From Podarcis filfolensis (lineage: Eukaryota), in assembly GCA_964270895.1 (NCBI GenBank), contig OZ185435.1: a DNA stretch of 64,000 nucleotides; one strand, given 5' to 3'. Numbering within the stretch: the stretch's first letter is position 1; each line of letters begins with the position of its first letter. Of this stretch, positions 43,038 to 53,868 are shown piece by piece. The notes beneath the pieces are model-generated. The model made no database searches, was not told where the DNA came from, and was given only the letters and a program-made list of their open reading frames with translations. The position numbers were made by a program, and so were the translations under genes.

Positions 43038-43110
43038 CTAGGCCGCGACCGGCCAGTCGGTAAGGCAAACCTCGGGCCGCTCCTCAAGTGGGTTTGAAAT
43101 CACCGACGCA
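43038..43110 (-). other. CKAP5: Candidate non-coding first exon (distal) of CKAP5
   Basis: Strong donor TAG|GTGAGT at 43038/43037 inside a CpG island, directly downstream of CCAAT boxes. The 5' end is approximate. Confidence 0.7.
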
Positions 43111-43200
43111 GGCCACACCTCCCAATATCCTCGTTCTCCATTGGCCGCCGCTATGCCCGCCCTTTCCCCCACTCTGACACTCCATTGGGCGGTTTGAATC
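43090..43200. promoter_or_regulatory. Cell-cycle-type promoter core: 2 CHR-like TTTGAA motifs and 3 CCAAT boxes
   Basis: TTTGAA at 43093-43098 and 43193-43198; CCAAT/ATTGG at 43122, 43140 and 43184. Confidence 0.65.
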
Positions 43201-43584
43201 CGGCCCTGCGCCTGGGTCCCTCCAGAGGGGGCTGCCCTCAGCGGCAACTCGCCTCGCGGGTGCTGCCCCTCGACCGTTTGTTTCCCCAGCGACGCCGGCT
43301 CGGCTTGGAGCAGGTGCCGCCGCCGCCAGCCGAGAAGGAGACGTCCGGAGTTTCGCGGAAGTTCTCGTGCTCAACCGCTTTCTGCTTGGAGAGTCCGGAG
43401 ACGAAGTGGCAGAGGAGGAAGCCAAGGCGCTCTTCCGGTCTGTTTAGTTTCTAAAATGGGAGCTGGATAAAAGCCTCGCAGCTACCTTAGAATGTCCTTT
43501 TCATTGCTGCTAGGCTTTTCATAGCTGCGTGACAGGCAGATGTTCGGATGGTGCGTTTTCTGGCATGGAGATGGTGCAATCTCC

Positions 43585-44041
43585 CACTGCCGGATTTACT
43601 ACATAAACTAAACAAGCTATAGCTTAGGGCCCCACTCTCTCCAAAAAAATGTAAAGGGAAAAAAACCTGGATGTACATTTCCAAAATATAAGATAAAAAA
43701 CAAATAAAATAAAACCTACTGTACATACAGCAACAGTGTTTTGTGTTGTGTAGGCTCCTATGATGTAAATAATGGGCCCCCAATCATTTTAAGTTAGAGC
43801 TTAAAAATTATTTCACTATTCATATGCTGCTTCTTAATTGTATTTCACTATTAATATACTTAATTGTATTTCAGTTCAACAATTACTTTGATAAATCTAT
43901 TAGGTCCATAAATTATCATACAGCATATATTCAAGACAAAAAAACAGCGACAATTTGTTGTTGACAAAGGACAACTGGACATATAAAGGGCCCCATTACC
44001 TTCAGTAGCTATGGGCCTCATCAAACCTAAATCCAGCACTG
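43585..44041. mobile_element. hAT-like non-autonomous DNA transposon, about 457 bp
   Basis: Imperfect TIRs CACTGCCGGATTT / AAATCCAGCACTG; AT-rich interior; no 8-bp TSD visible. Confidence 0.6.
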
Positions 44042-45989
44042 TGTGTGACAGGCAGATGTTCAGATGGTGTATTTTCTGGCATGGAGATGGTGCAACAGAG
44101 AAAGCTCCTTGCCCCCCTTGTGTTTCTGCCTGTTACGCATTTGCTAAAAGGAACAGGAGTTTTGGGAGGAATCTGGGTGGTGCTTGGTTGTTGTCTTAGT
44201 AATGAGGGCAAAGGCCTTCTTGATTATTATTTAAATAGTTAAGGCTTACTCTCACAACTTTTCACAGATAAAAATAGGGGCACTTTGTGTGCCAAGCTCC
44301 AGATAGGAGAGGAGTCTGTCTGCGCAGAGGGCATAACCAAGCAGACAGTGGTAAGACAAACATAATTCAGACCATAAACATTTCACCAGCAGAAGCTAAT
44401 TCAATGCAACAAACTTTAAGAGACTAACAGGCACTATTGGAAGTTTGGACAGAAGAGGGTTAAAAGGAATTGGAGACTGCCTTAATAATCCTGGCACGGT
44501 TGATAGTACCTTTCTTTGTTAATGTGCATCTGCATATTTGGATATAATCATAAATACTACAAAATGCTAATGAGCCTCCAGTAAAGTATTCTAAATGGAA
44601 TTAAACTTGGATAAGCACCAGACCTTCAGAAACTTCACCGCTCCGAGAACTAGTACTACTGTACTGTTAAATCGATTGGAAATGGAAGATGCAATTCCAC
44701 AACTGGAAAGTCAAAGAGAGGTTTAATACAGGATTCGGAAAATAATCACAACTTTTTACTACACCATGGAAACAAAATGAAAGTGTGTTAATATATAAGA
44801 TCTGTCATGATTTGAAGACATCTTAAAGCAGGGCTGAAAAAAAGTATTTTGAAATTTTAAGCAGCAATGGAATTTATTTTTAGGGAACTCTCCCCACCGC
44901 CTGCTCTGAAAGCACAAAGCCATATTTATAATCTGCATTAATTATTGTGAAAACAAAATACACCTTGTTTATTGTATTTCCTCCAATATTAATTTAAGTC
45001 ATAAGATGTTTCCTCTTTTTCTGAACCATTTAGACACAGTACTGAGATGTTGAGTGCATGACAAGTGTGTCAGCCTAGTTTGCAGGTTTACTCAGTAGTA
45101 GGTCCCACTGGGTTCAATGGAGTTTACTGCCAAGTCTGCATAGAACTGCTGCTTTGGGTGCCCCCCTTAATTTTAGTTCACAGCTTTCCCAAATCCCTAC
45201 ACTCAAAAGCTGGAGGCATCACTTACTAATCTCTCATTAGTTCACTCACATGTGGCTCTGTTCAGCTGTCTTTCCTTCTCTGTTCAGTCCCCCTTCCCTT
45301 ATTCCTTTATAGAACTGCTGTGTCATGCGTGCATGAACACTCACATTCAAAATGCAACGTGAGCAGAGCAAGGGAATAAATGGAAAAGGCGGTGGGGTAT
45401 GGGAGAGAAGTGAACCTGGTGGAATATACACACATATAAAAATAGTTTTGAAAATGTGTTTTTTTAAAATGCGTTTTTTTAAAATACATTGAATTTTCCA
45501 TAAGGCTCACCATCGCGTTACATCATATCACATTGTATATTGCACTTAAAACGTTTTATTTGCAGTTGTATAGCTGAGTCCTGGGGACAGGAGAGTTTAC
45601 ACCTCGCACTCTGCTGCTGCCCAGTTATGCGTAGGCAGAAAGGAGGCAGAAGGTATTGTTGCATCAATGCATAAACATAATTTTCGAGGCAATCACGCCC
45701 ATTGGCGCTGCTTCTCTTTTGTTTACATCCATTATTTTAAAAATAAGACATGCTATCCTTATTAAGAGATCTTTTAATGGGAAATGTATTTTGGAAAAAG
45801 ATATATAAAGCAGATTCTGAGTATGTGCTTCAACAAGAACCTTCTAGTTCTGTAAAAGAGAAATCAACCACATAATATTGTCGGACTCCGCACCCCCATT
45901 AGACTCAGCCATAATGGCCAGTCAGGGATGTTGGGAGGTGTAATTCAACATCACCTGGATGGTCAAAGGTGAGCAATTTCTGCTACAAA

Positions 45990-46345
45990 ACATCGTGAAA
46001 TACTCCTATTGCACCCGCTCAGTTCTCGCCACTTCTGCCCAGTCTTTCTAGAGCACTCCTTTCTGCCGCCTTCTGCCATGCTAGCAGCGTCTAGGCTTTG
46101 AGTGACGGTGCAAGATGACCAATGGAAGCTTCACAGATGACATTTTCCTAGATTCGAGCAGCCAATCAAGAAACGAGCGGAGAAGTCCATTTTCTCCCTG
46201 CGTCTTTTCAACAGAGCAGCTGGATTGACGCCGCCTCTGCCGTCTCCGTCACAACAATGACGATCAGGACAGAATAATAAGATCAGGGCGGACAGGTTCT
46301 TTCGTCCTGACTCATGACGTTGTCAGGGCCATGCTTTTCTGATTC
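45990..46345. promoter_or_regulatory. Third, small CpG-enriched promoter-like segment
   Basis: Local CpG enrichment; CCAAT boxes near 46109 and 46172; four TGACG half-CRE sites; TGACTCA (AP-1-like) near 46308. Confidence 0.45.
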
Positions 46346-46399
46346 TTGCTTCACCTTTCCTTCCTCCTCTGAAGTGAAGGGGTGGATTCCAAAGACCTT

Positions 46400-46988
46400 T
46401 TTAAAAAGCCCACAACTGTAGGCAGTCACGTTGTTTCATTGGGGGAGATCCAAAAATAACAAGAGTAATAATGTATTGGGGCCAATAAAAGAGCGCAGAG
46501 CAGTGAGCAAGCAGTTGATGCAAACTTCAAGAGAATTTTATCTGATTGGTTTAGGCAAATGAAGGGGCGAGGAGAGGACATGATGAAAAAGTCCGCCAAA
46601 TTAAAACAGACAAAGATTAAGTGTGAGGTATTGGTTGTGTTTAGAATAGATGTATGAAAGATTTAGAAAACTTATGGATTAGAATATTTGTGTGAGATTG
46701 TATGGGGAAAATACGGAATAACAGATACAATCTTGCTTAAAATGTATATAGGAAGTGCAGTGTAAGCGATGGAAGTCAATCAATGAAATTTTATTATTGA
46801 GATATTTGTAGGATAAATTCTTCCAACTTTTCTTCTTTTTCTCCTTATTTTTTTCTTTTCTTCCTTTTTTCCTTTTTGTTCTTTTTTATATATGTGTGTT
46901 TATCTGAAATATGTATGTATGTATGTATTTGCAATATTTTGCTTATATTTTGTAATAATTAAGTTAAATAAAATAATATTTTTAAAAC
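46400..46988 (+). mobile_element. Possible L1-clade LINE 3' fragment
   Basis: Purine-rich segment, then a long T-rich tract, (TATG)n and aataaa with an A-rich end; no diagnostic ORF motif seen. Confidence 0.4.
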
Positions 46989-49900
46989 AGCATTAAAATG
47001 TTACATTGACTAAAACAGCAATCCTAGCTTGCTTAAACATAATAGCACTTGCTTCAGAGAATATGTGCATAGGATTGGGTTCTAATTAGGCTAGTTTTGC
47101 TTTGTGCAAAAAGCTTTCAGGTTGAAGTAAAGGCTACCGGTGCAGAATAGTGAGAACTAGCAGTTTTTCGGTTTGTATGGTTCACTCTCACTGTTGTCTT
47201 TGGTGCAACCTAGTCATTTTTGCACCAAATGCAGCCTAACCTAAGGTGGCAGTCATATACACATTTACTTATAAACTCTACCTGACTTATTCTCTGCCCT
47301 ACTCATGCATGCATAGTGGTGTGTATATACCCAGTGTTATCCGTTTCACTCCTCTCCCCCATTTCTTTTTGCAGATCATCCAGCCTGCTGAAGGGTCTTG
47401 AGGATCTCAAAAGCTTGCACACTTCTTTTCGCCCTAATGAAAGTGTCGTTCTTTATGGTCTGATCAGAGTTGAAAAAATTGAAAGCTTGCTAATTCCCAC
47501 CACTTCTAAGCCAAAAGCTATTCCGAGGCCTCTGGAGTGGAGGCAACATGCCTCTTCCTCTCCTGTCTCCTGGCCTTTTTCAGGAGGGCCCAAGGAAAGA
47601 GGTGTCCTGCTTCCTTCTCCTCCCACCCACTCGTGTACATGAAATTTATTATGGTCAGAGACCAGCTTGTGAAACACAAATGGAACTACAATCCCAGAAG
47701 CAAACAAACACTCATGTGTTCCTGCTGCTTCTTTATATAATAAAGTGATAAAATGCTGAATTCCAGCGAGTGATTAATCATGGACACCATTCCCAAATAA
47801 AGGAGACATTGTGGGACAGAGATAAATAAAGGATGCCCTGTGTATCCCACTGTTGAAATGCTGTCTCCTTGAATTTTATCCCATAGAACTCAGTGGATGC
47901 CATTAAGCAGTAAGCCACTTCCTATTGGCATGCACCCACTCTGTTTTAACACATTTTTCGTTGCCTCTTAACCTTAGGGGGAGGTCTTCACTAGGTTTTA
48001 CTCAGCTTAGAAATTAATCAACATGACTAAGTTAGGTCCATTAAGTAAAAGTTAGCTGTTTTCTGAATCCCTAGGTAGTAATCAATTAACAGTTGCCCAT
48101 CATCAGCCTAGGGCAGGCAATTAAGATTAACAACTCCGAAAACAGTTTCTAAAAAGTATATCCTCTATCCCATGAATGTTTACATTCAGATTTAATTGAT
48201 AAAGTTCAGCAAAATGGGTGATACCAAAACTTTTTATATGAAGAGTTGGCATTTTTACCAGAATCAGCTGTTGATTATGGCATGACTGGTGGGTTGAGGC
48301 ACCTTGCTGGAAAGACTCCAGGCTATTTGTATTTACCAGTAAGTTAACAATGAGTATGACTTCAGGAACAGAGAAGATTGATTGGCAAGACAATAAACAC
48401 ACTTCTGTCTATGAGCCTTCTAGCATTCAATTTCTTTTGGACTACTTTGAAGGAATCTAGGCTGTACTGAGTCTCCCTTAGCTTCTAGAAGGGTATTAGA
48501 TAATTGTATGCAATGATACAAAGGTATTATATTCCTTTGTGGATCCTGCTTTGCATTTTTTAATCCATAGCAGACTGGTATATACCAAAATTAATGAAGC
48601 AATTCAGAGTGTGATACATGAGCAGTTCCCCATTGTAGTTTCCTTAATTGTATATGCCATTTGTGTATGTTGCGTAGATGTTACAATTGTGTCACATTAA
48701 GACTGCAGTCCTATACAGTTATTCTGTTGAACACAATAGGACTTCTGAATTAACACGTACCTCATCAGGCAATCTTTACTCCTACTTCTGGCCTTGTAGT
48801 GAAATTGTATCAGGCAGTTACGGGTGCCTCACCTGTTTTAGTACTGAACATTTTTGAGTGTAAGGCAGTCCTGGTACAGATGTGAATTGTTGTGTTTCCA
48901 ATTCTATAAAATGCTTTACAGACTCAACACCATTTGACTACATTAACTTTCAACTTCACCTTACAGTAAGGTGATATATGAAGATGAAAGAACAGTGCAG
49001 TCTTCAAGATTCCTTGGTACCAATATTCAAATCTGTTTACTCCAAGTAAAGTGGTTTGGCAATTGCCATTACTGGCTTGGTAGGTGGTAGGCACAGCCTT
49101 GTCAACCATAGCAGAATTTCTAAAGCTGGATGAATAGAGCTTCTTCTTCCAGCCAGAATGTGGATGATATAACAAGATACAAGAACAATGAGCCCTTTTA
49201 GACAAACTGGAATGGACCGTTGCCAGTCCCACAGCTGAATCCTGCTGTTTGGAAAGAAGCATTTTGCTGTTTCCTCATTTCACATTCACGAACCAGCGAT
49301 GTAAAAGGTTTACCATAAGTGAATCGCCAGTGTTCTTACATAAAATTATATGTTGATAGTTCCACTTTGTGTTTGGAGTAGCACATTCCCAGTGGTTAAG
49401 GAAAAGGGTGGAGCGATTTAATCAAGCTTCCTATTTTGAAATTAATGTATTTCCTAAACAAACATGGATTCTGTCTGGTTTTTATAACAACCGAAACATA
49501 TTGGTTTGTAATTAAATAGAATGTTTATATGACCTAGCAGCATAATTCAGAATCTTTGCTCATGTAGTCCATATTCATGTACATGGAAGTAACCAGAGTT
49601 ATTTCAATATGTATGTACAGTATAAGAAATATCCTTATCCACTCTACTAGGGAATGGGACCAACCAAGCAAGTATGAGGATATTTGCATTCTTTTCCTTT
49701 CTCTTCTAGGAGAAAAGAAGTTATTTCTAATATCTGTAACTCATTGGATAATGATATGAAGATCCCTAAGCAGCACGGGAGAAGTCCACTGTTGTTTCTG
49801 TTTTAATAGTCTTGCAAAGGGTACAGAGTTGATATTTCAAGATTTATATGCAGGCTAAGAAGAGTAAACCAAATCTTTTTTTTTTTTAGTGATTATAACG

Positions 49901-52900
49901 TTTTAAGATGGCTGTATGTTATAAATTAAGAATACTCAGGCATGAGAAATACATTCGTCTCATCTGATACCCAGTAAGTAAACTTATTAACTACAATAAT
50001 GAAAAGTCCAATAAAGTCCAATGATACCAAGTGTTTTTTTGGCAGCTACACAAAAGCTTGTCTTGAGGTTCTTGTGTATAGATGGAAATGCAGGCTAAAT
50101 AATGTTAATAAAAATGTCTTCCACATCTGACCATAAGGCTATCAATGCAAAATGAGGACATTTTTATAAACGATACTGTGAATTTTTACACTGCAACTTG
50201 CCCTTTTTGAATACTGATCATATACTTCTTACAGGGCCAATGAAGGGATCTGCTGCATATAAACCATGCTTATAGGTTTTTTTTGTGCCAGTGTCTGTAT
50301 GTGATGTGTCTTGTTATATCATGTTTGCTATTTATCCCAAGGGTCTTACATGATGCATCACCATATTTTATGCTGCTTGGGGCACATATTTTTGCTATTT
50401 TTGAAATATATATGCTGCCATTATCTATGCTACCTTGCTGTGAGGAAATATATAGATCTAAGGATGAATGTAGGCTAGTTGTCAAGTGCTGGAAATATGA
50501 TTTTTAGGCTGGCCTTCAGAAGATGAAACTGCTCCCATTTGAACACAAAGCCTCTTTGGTTGACACTGCACAGAAGGTACTGTACATGGCTGATTTACTG
50601 ATATATTGAACTTTGGGGGAACATTATTTTACATCTACACTTGAGAAACTGGGTGCAAGGCAGGACAGAAAAGTCATGCCAAAGGCACCATTGCCAAGGT
50701 CAAAGCTGACCACCAGCAGATGGGGAAAAGCCATCAAGTTATGGATGCAGCTGCAGGTGTCATCAAATCCACAAAATTAGTCTGGGGCAGTTAGGTACTC
50801 AATGTTTAAAGTTTGAAGCTGTCAGTCATAGTTTTGTCCATTAATAGAATGGACCCCAAAATGGTCAAATAATTGCTTCTGGACTAAAAATGACTTCTCT
50901 ACATCAATACCAGCTGTGGAGTGTGTAACTAGGAACAATCTTGGCCAGGTTAATAGAAATTAATTTTCTAACTAGCTACAAACTTTGGTTAGTAATTATT
51001 TTTAAATTAGACTAGTGTTTAGATTTATTAAGGAAGCTAATAAGGTAATTAGTCATTATTCTGTAAGTTCTCATTTTATTTGTAAGAATCATTTCACGTT
51101 TTGAAGTATTGTAATCTGCTCATCTAGAAATGTAGTAAAGCCCTGTAAACTTTCAATTTGGTTTGATTTATGACTCATGATTCTGGGATCAATCAGTATA
51201 TTGAGAAACAGGGACACACACTGAACTAAAAGGGAAGCACAGAAATGTAAGGGACAAGAAGCAGAAGTGTGTGCATTCTAAGCGATTCATCTGTAAACAT
51301 TGAAATTGCCAGCATGAGAAATGCAAAAACCCTCTAAGCTTCATGGGGTCACAATAGGCTCTATGAAATGCCAAGTTAATACCAGAGGGAAGCAAGCAGC
51401 AGCCCTACTAATTTGAGCTTCAGACATTTCTGGCGTTAGTCCTTGGCAGTGCCATAACCTGCCATATGTAATATTCGTAACAGTTAATTCCCATTCCCCT
51501 GCTTTCACCCAAATCCTAAACCAGTTGTTGCTTCAAAGGAAAGGTGTGATGGGATCTGTTTGCTCTGGTCCCAACTCCGTCGCTTCTTCAAATGAGATGA
51601 GCCTTCATGTGGCCTGTTTGGGTAGCATTCGTGATTCACAACTCACAAGTCCAGCAGAGCGATTAAGAAAAGCTAAATTTATATTAAATTATCATCAAAC
51701 CTAAAATACTGAGCATAGTAGTTAAATAACTTGGGGGGGGGGAGGGGAAATCCAATCTCTCCAGTGAGTAACATTGAAAACCATTACAGAGAAAGGTAGG
51801 GAAATTGCTGCCAACAGCTCAAGACAGACAGAGGCAGGATGTTCTTTTTACATAGTTCATCAGTGCTCACAAGATTGTCCCCACTTCTGGCTTTCCACAT
51901 TCTGCAAAGTCCAAGTGCAACGAGACTTTGCTTCATCAGCATTGGCAGTGAAGTGTCCCATATAACCAGCAGCATTGGCCAAAGGCTGCTTGCGCATCTC
52001 ATCGCTGTTTACTTCACAAGTAGGAGTAAAGCTGTAGGTACCATTCTTCCAATCTTCTGCAGCCATTATGAGAGCTGCTAGGGGTCAGATGGGTCAAGGG
52101 AAGGGGTTTGAGAAAGGAGGTCATTATGTAGACTGGAATGTGCAATAAAAAGTTGCAGAAAGACAAGGGGAGACGTTAGTGGCAGTGGCACTCTCTCTGT
52201 TGATTTACTGAACTTGTAAGAGGACAAGTATTTTTCAATTATTTCCCAGCCTCCATTTTTAATAATGTTTCTTCTAACTGCAACTGCCTATATTCAACAC
52301 TTCACCCTGGCCTGGTGGCCCTCATCAGTGCCAGGTGTCTGGTTTCATCTTTCCTAAACTCTTTTTTCAAATGCACATGGCCTTAATTTTGTCCATGGCT
52401 TCAGCAGCAGGGCTACCCTATCCCCACAGATCTTGCTGAGACTTGTCTTCCTCATCTTCAGCCCGAGGAAGCTTCACTGGAGCCAACCCAAATAAATATA
52501 TTTAAATTAAAATCTAATATATTCCCGTGGAAGAAGGGGAAAAGCCTAATAACAACATTGCTCCAAGCCCCAGTTCTAACCAACTTTTCATAGGGATGCA
52601 CAACAGCAAGGGATCCCAGAGTGATCTAGTTCAGCCTCCAGTCCAGCCTCCTAAAATGCCTCTATAATTGAAAAGGCACCAAGATACAACTAGCACAATG
52701 TGATCTCCAGTGCTGTCTTTTTCAAAAGGGCTATGCTTTGCCCTTGTAAATATTACCATTTCACGGCCCATGAAACTGATATAATTGATGTAAACGAGAG
52801 TTCTCCTCAAGCCAAAGTCCCTTGTCATGCTACTGCCTTTTCAAGAGAACACCAGTGGGCTAGGCAGGGTGTGTAACTGTTTGCCTTCCTGCAAGTGCTC

Positions 52901-53862
52901 TCCACATTGTCTTTTACAGGGTTTGTTTGTTTGTTTGGTCTCCCCTCACCAGACTCCCCCAAAATAAAGTGAGCCTAGTGTGGATGGCTCCTGTAGATGA
53001 GCGATTTTAATAACATAAATACAGCTAATTGGTTTAATTTGGACTTTAAGCTGCCATTTTTACATTTTCGATCCTCAAGTTCTATCTTTTCGGATGGGTC
53101 AGAATCAGATGCCAATGGAAAATAATGGCTGAAGGAAGAGAATGCAGAGAATATGGTAAAAAGTCACTTATGGACTTATGAATGCAGGCACAAGAGCTGG
53201 TGTGGTTCAATACATGGATCTCTATGAAAGTATGAGAGACTTAGGGTGGAATTCAACACTGCACAAATGGACTTCTGCTCGCATAACAGAACTTCACATT
53301 CTTCTCTCATCTCCCACAGTCCCCACATCCCCCCAAACTCTGGAGCAGATTTTGAGTGGATGCAAGGGTGAAGAGAGGAAAGTGAAGTCTTATTGCACAG
53401 AGAAAAGTCTTTTCTGCTGATGCAGAGACAGCAATGAATGCAACTCTTTAGTTCACAAGGACAGCTAGGAGAGCAAAGCACAATAAATGACATGCAAATA
53501 AAGGAAGAGAGAGTAATAGCAGGTAAAATAGGAAAACAGTTCTGAGGTTGGACAGTCAGAACGAGAGAGTCTTTGATGGAAGGATATAAACATGTCCTAG
53601 AAAGACTTGCTCACAGTACTGAAACTTTTAAGCACAGGTTGATTTTGCTGTGTGATGCTGCAGAAGTAGAGCTTTATGCACGTTTCCTTGAAATACAAAA
53701 CTTGGCTCCCAAAATAATTTTAATTTATACCTTCCTCAAGATGAGAAAGCAAGAGGTTTTCCCGGCTACAAGTTGGGAAAGGTTGGGATTAATTGTCAGG
53801 AATGCCGATCTTGCACCAAGACTGGCTTGCACCATTCCTGCTGCAACCCAAAATTCCACTGT

Positions 53863-53868
53863 TTTATT
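53863..53868 (-). terminator. LRP4: Probable LRP4 polyadenylation signal (3' UTR about 53845-56017)
   Basis: First canonical AATAAA found on the minus strand after the stop codon, followed by a GT-rich stretch. Confidence 0.55.

Larger units (their letters stand above)
42560..43470. promoter_or_regulatory. CpG island (CKAP5 distal promoter, possibly bidirectional)
   Basis: Very high GC and CpG density against a CpG-depleted background. ETS-like CTTCCGG near 43432. Boundaries judged by eye. Confidence 0.85.

Noticed and set aside
47375-47459. Minus-strand frame TIKNDTFIRAKRSVQAFEILKTLQQAG*, resembling a furin site plus amidation signal
   Set aside because: Very short, with no signal-peptide exon or recognisable hormone family. 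Compatible with chance.
49568-49610. HIHVH resembling a histidine-triad (HIT) motif in a candidate exon
   Set aside because: The following residues (GS) are not hydrophobic as the motif requires, and no other HIT fold features are present.
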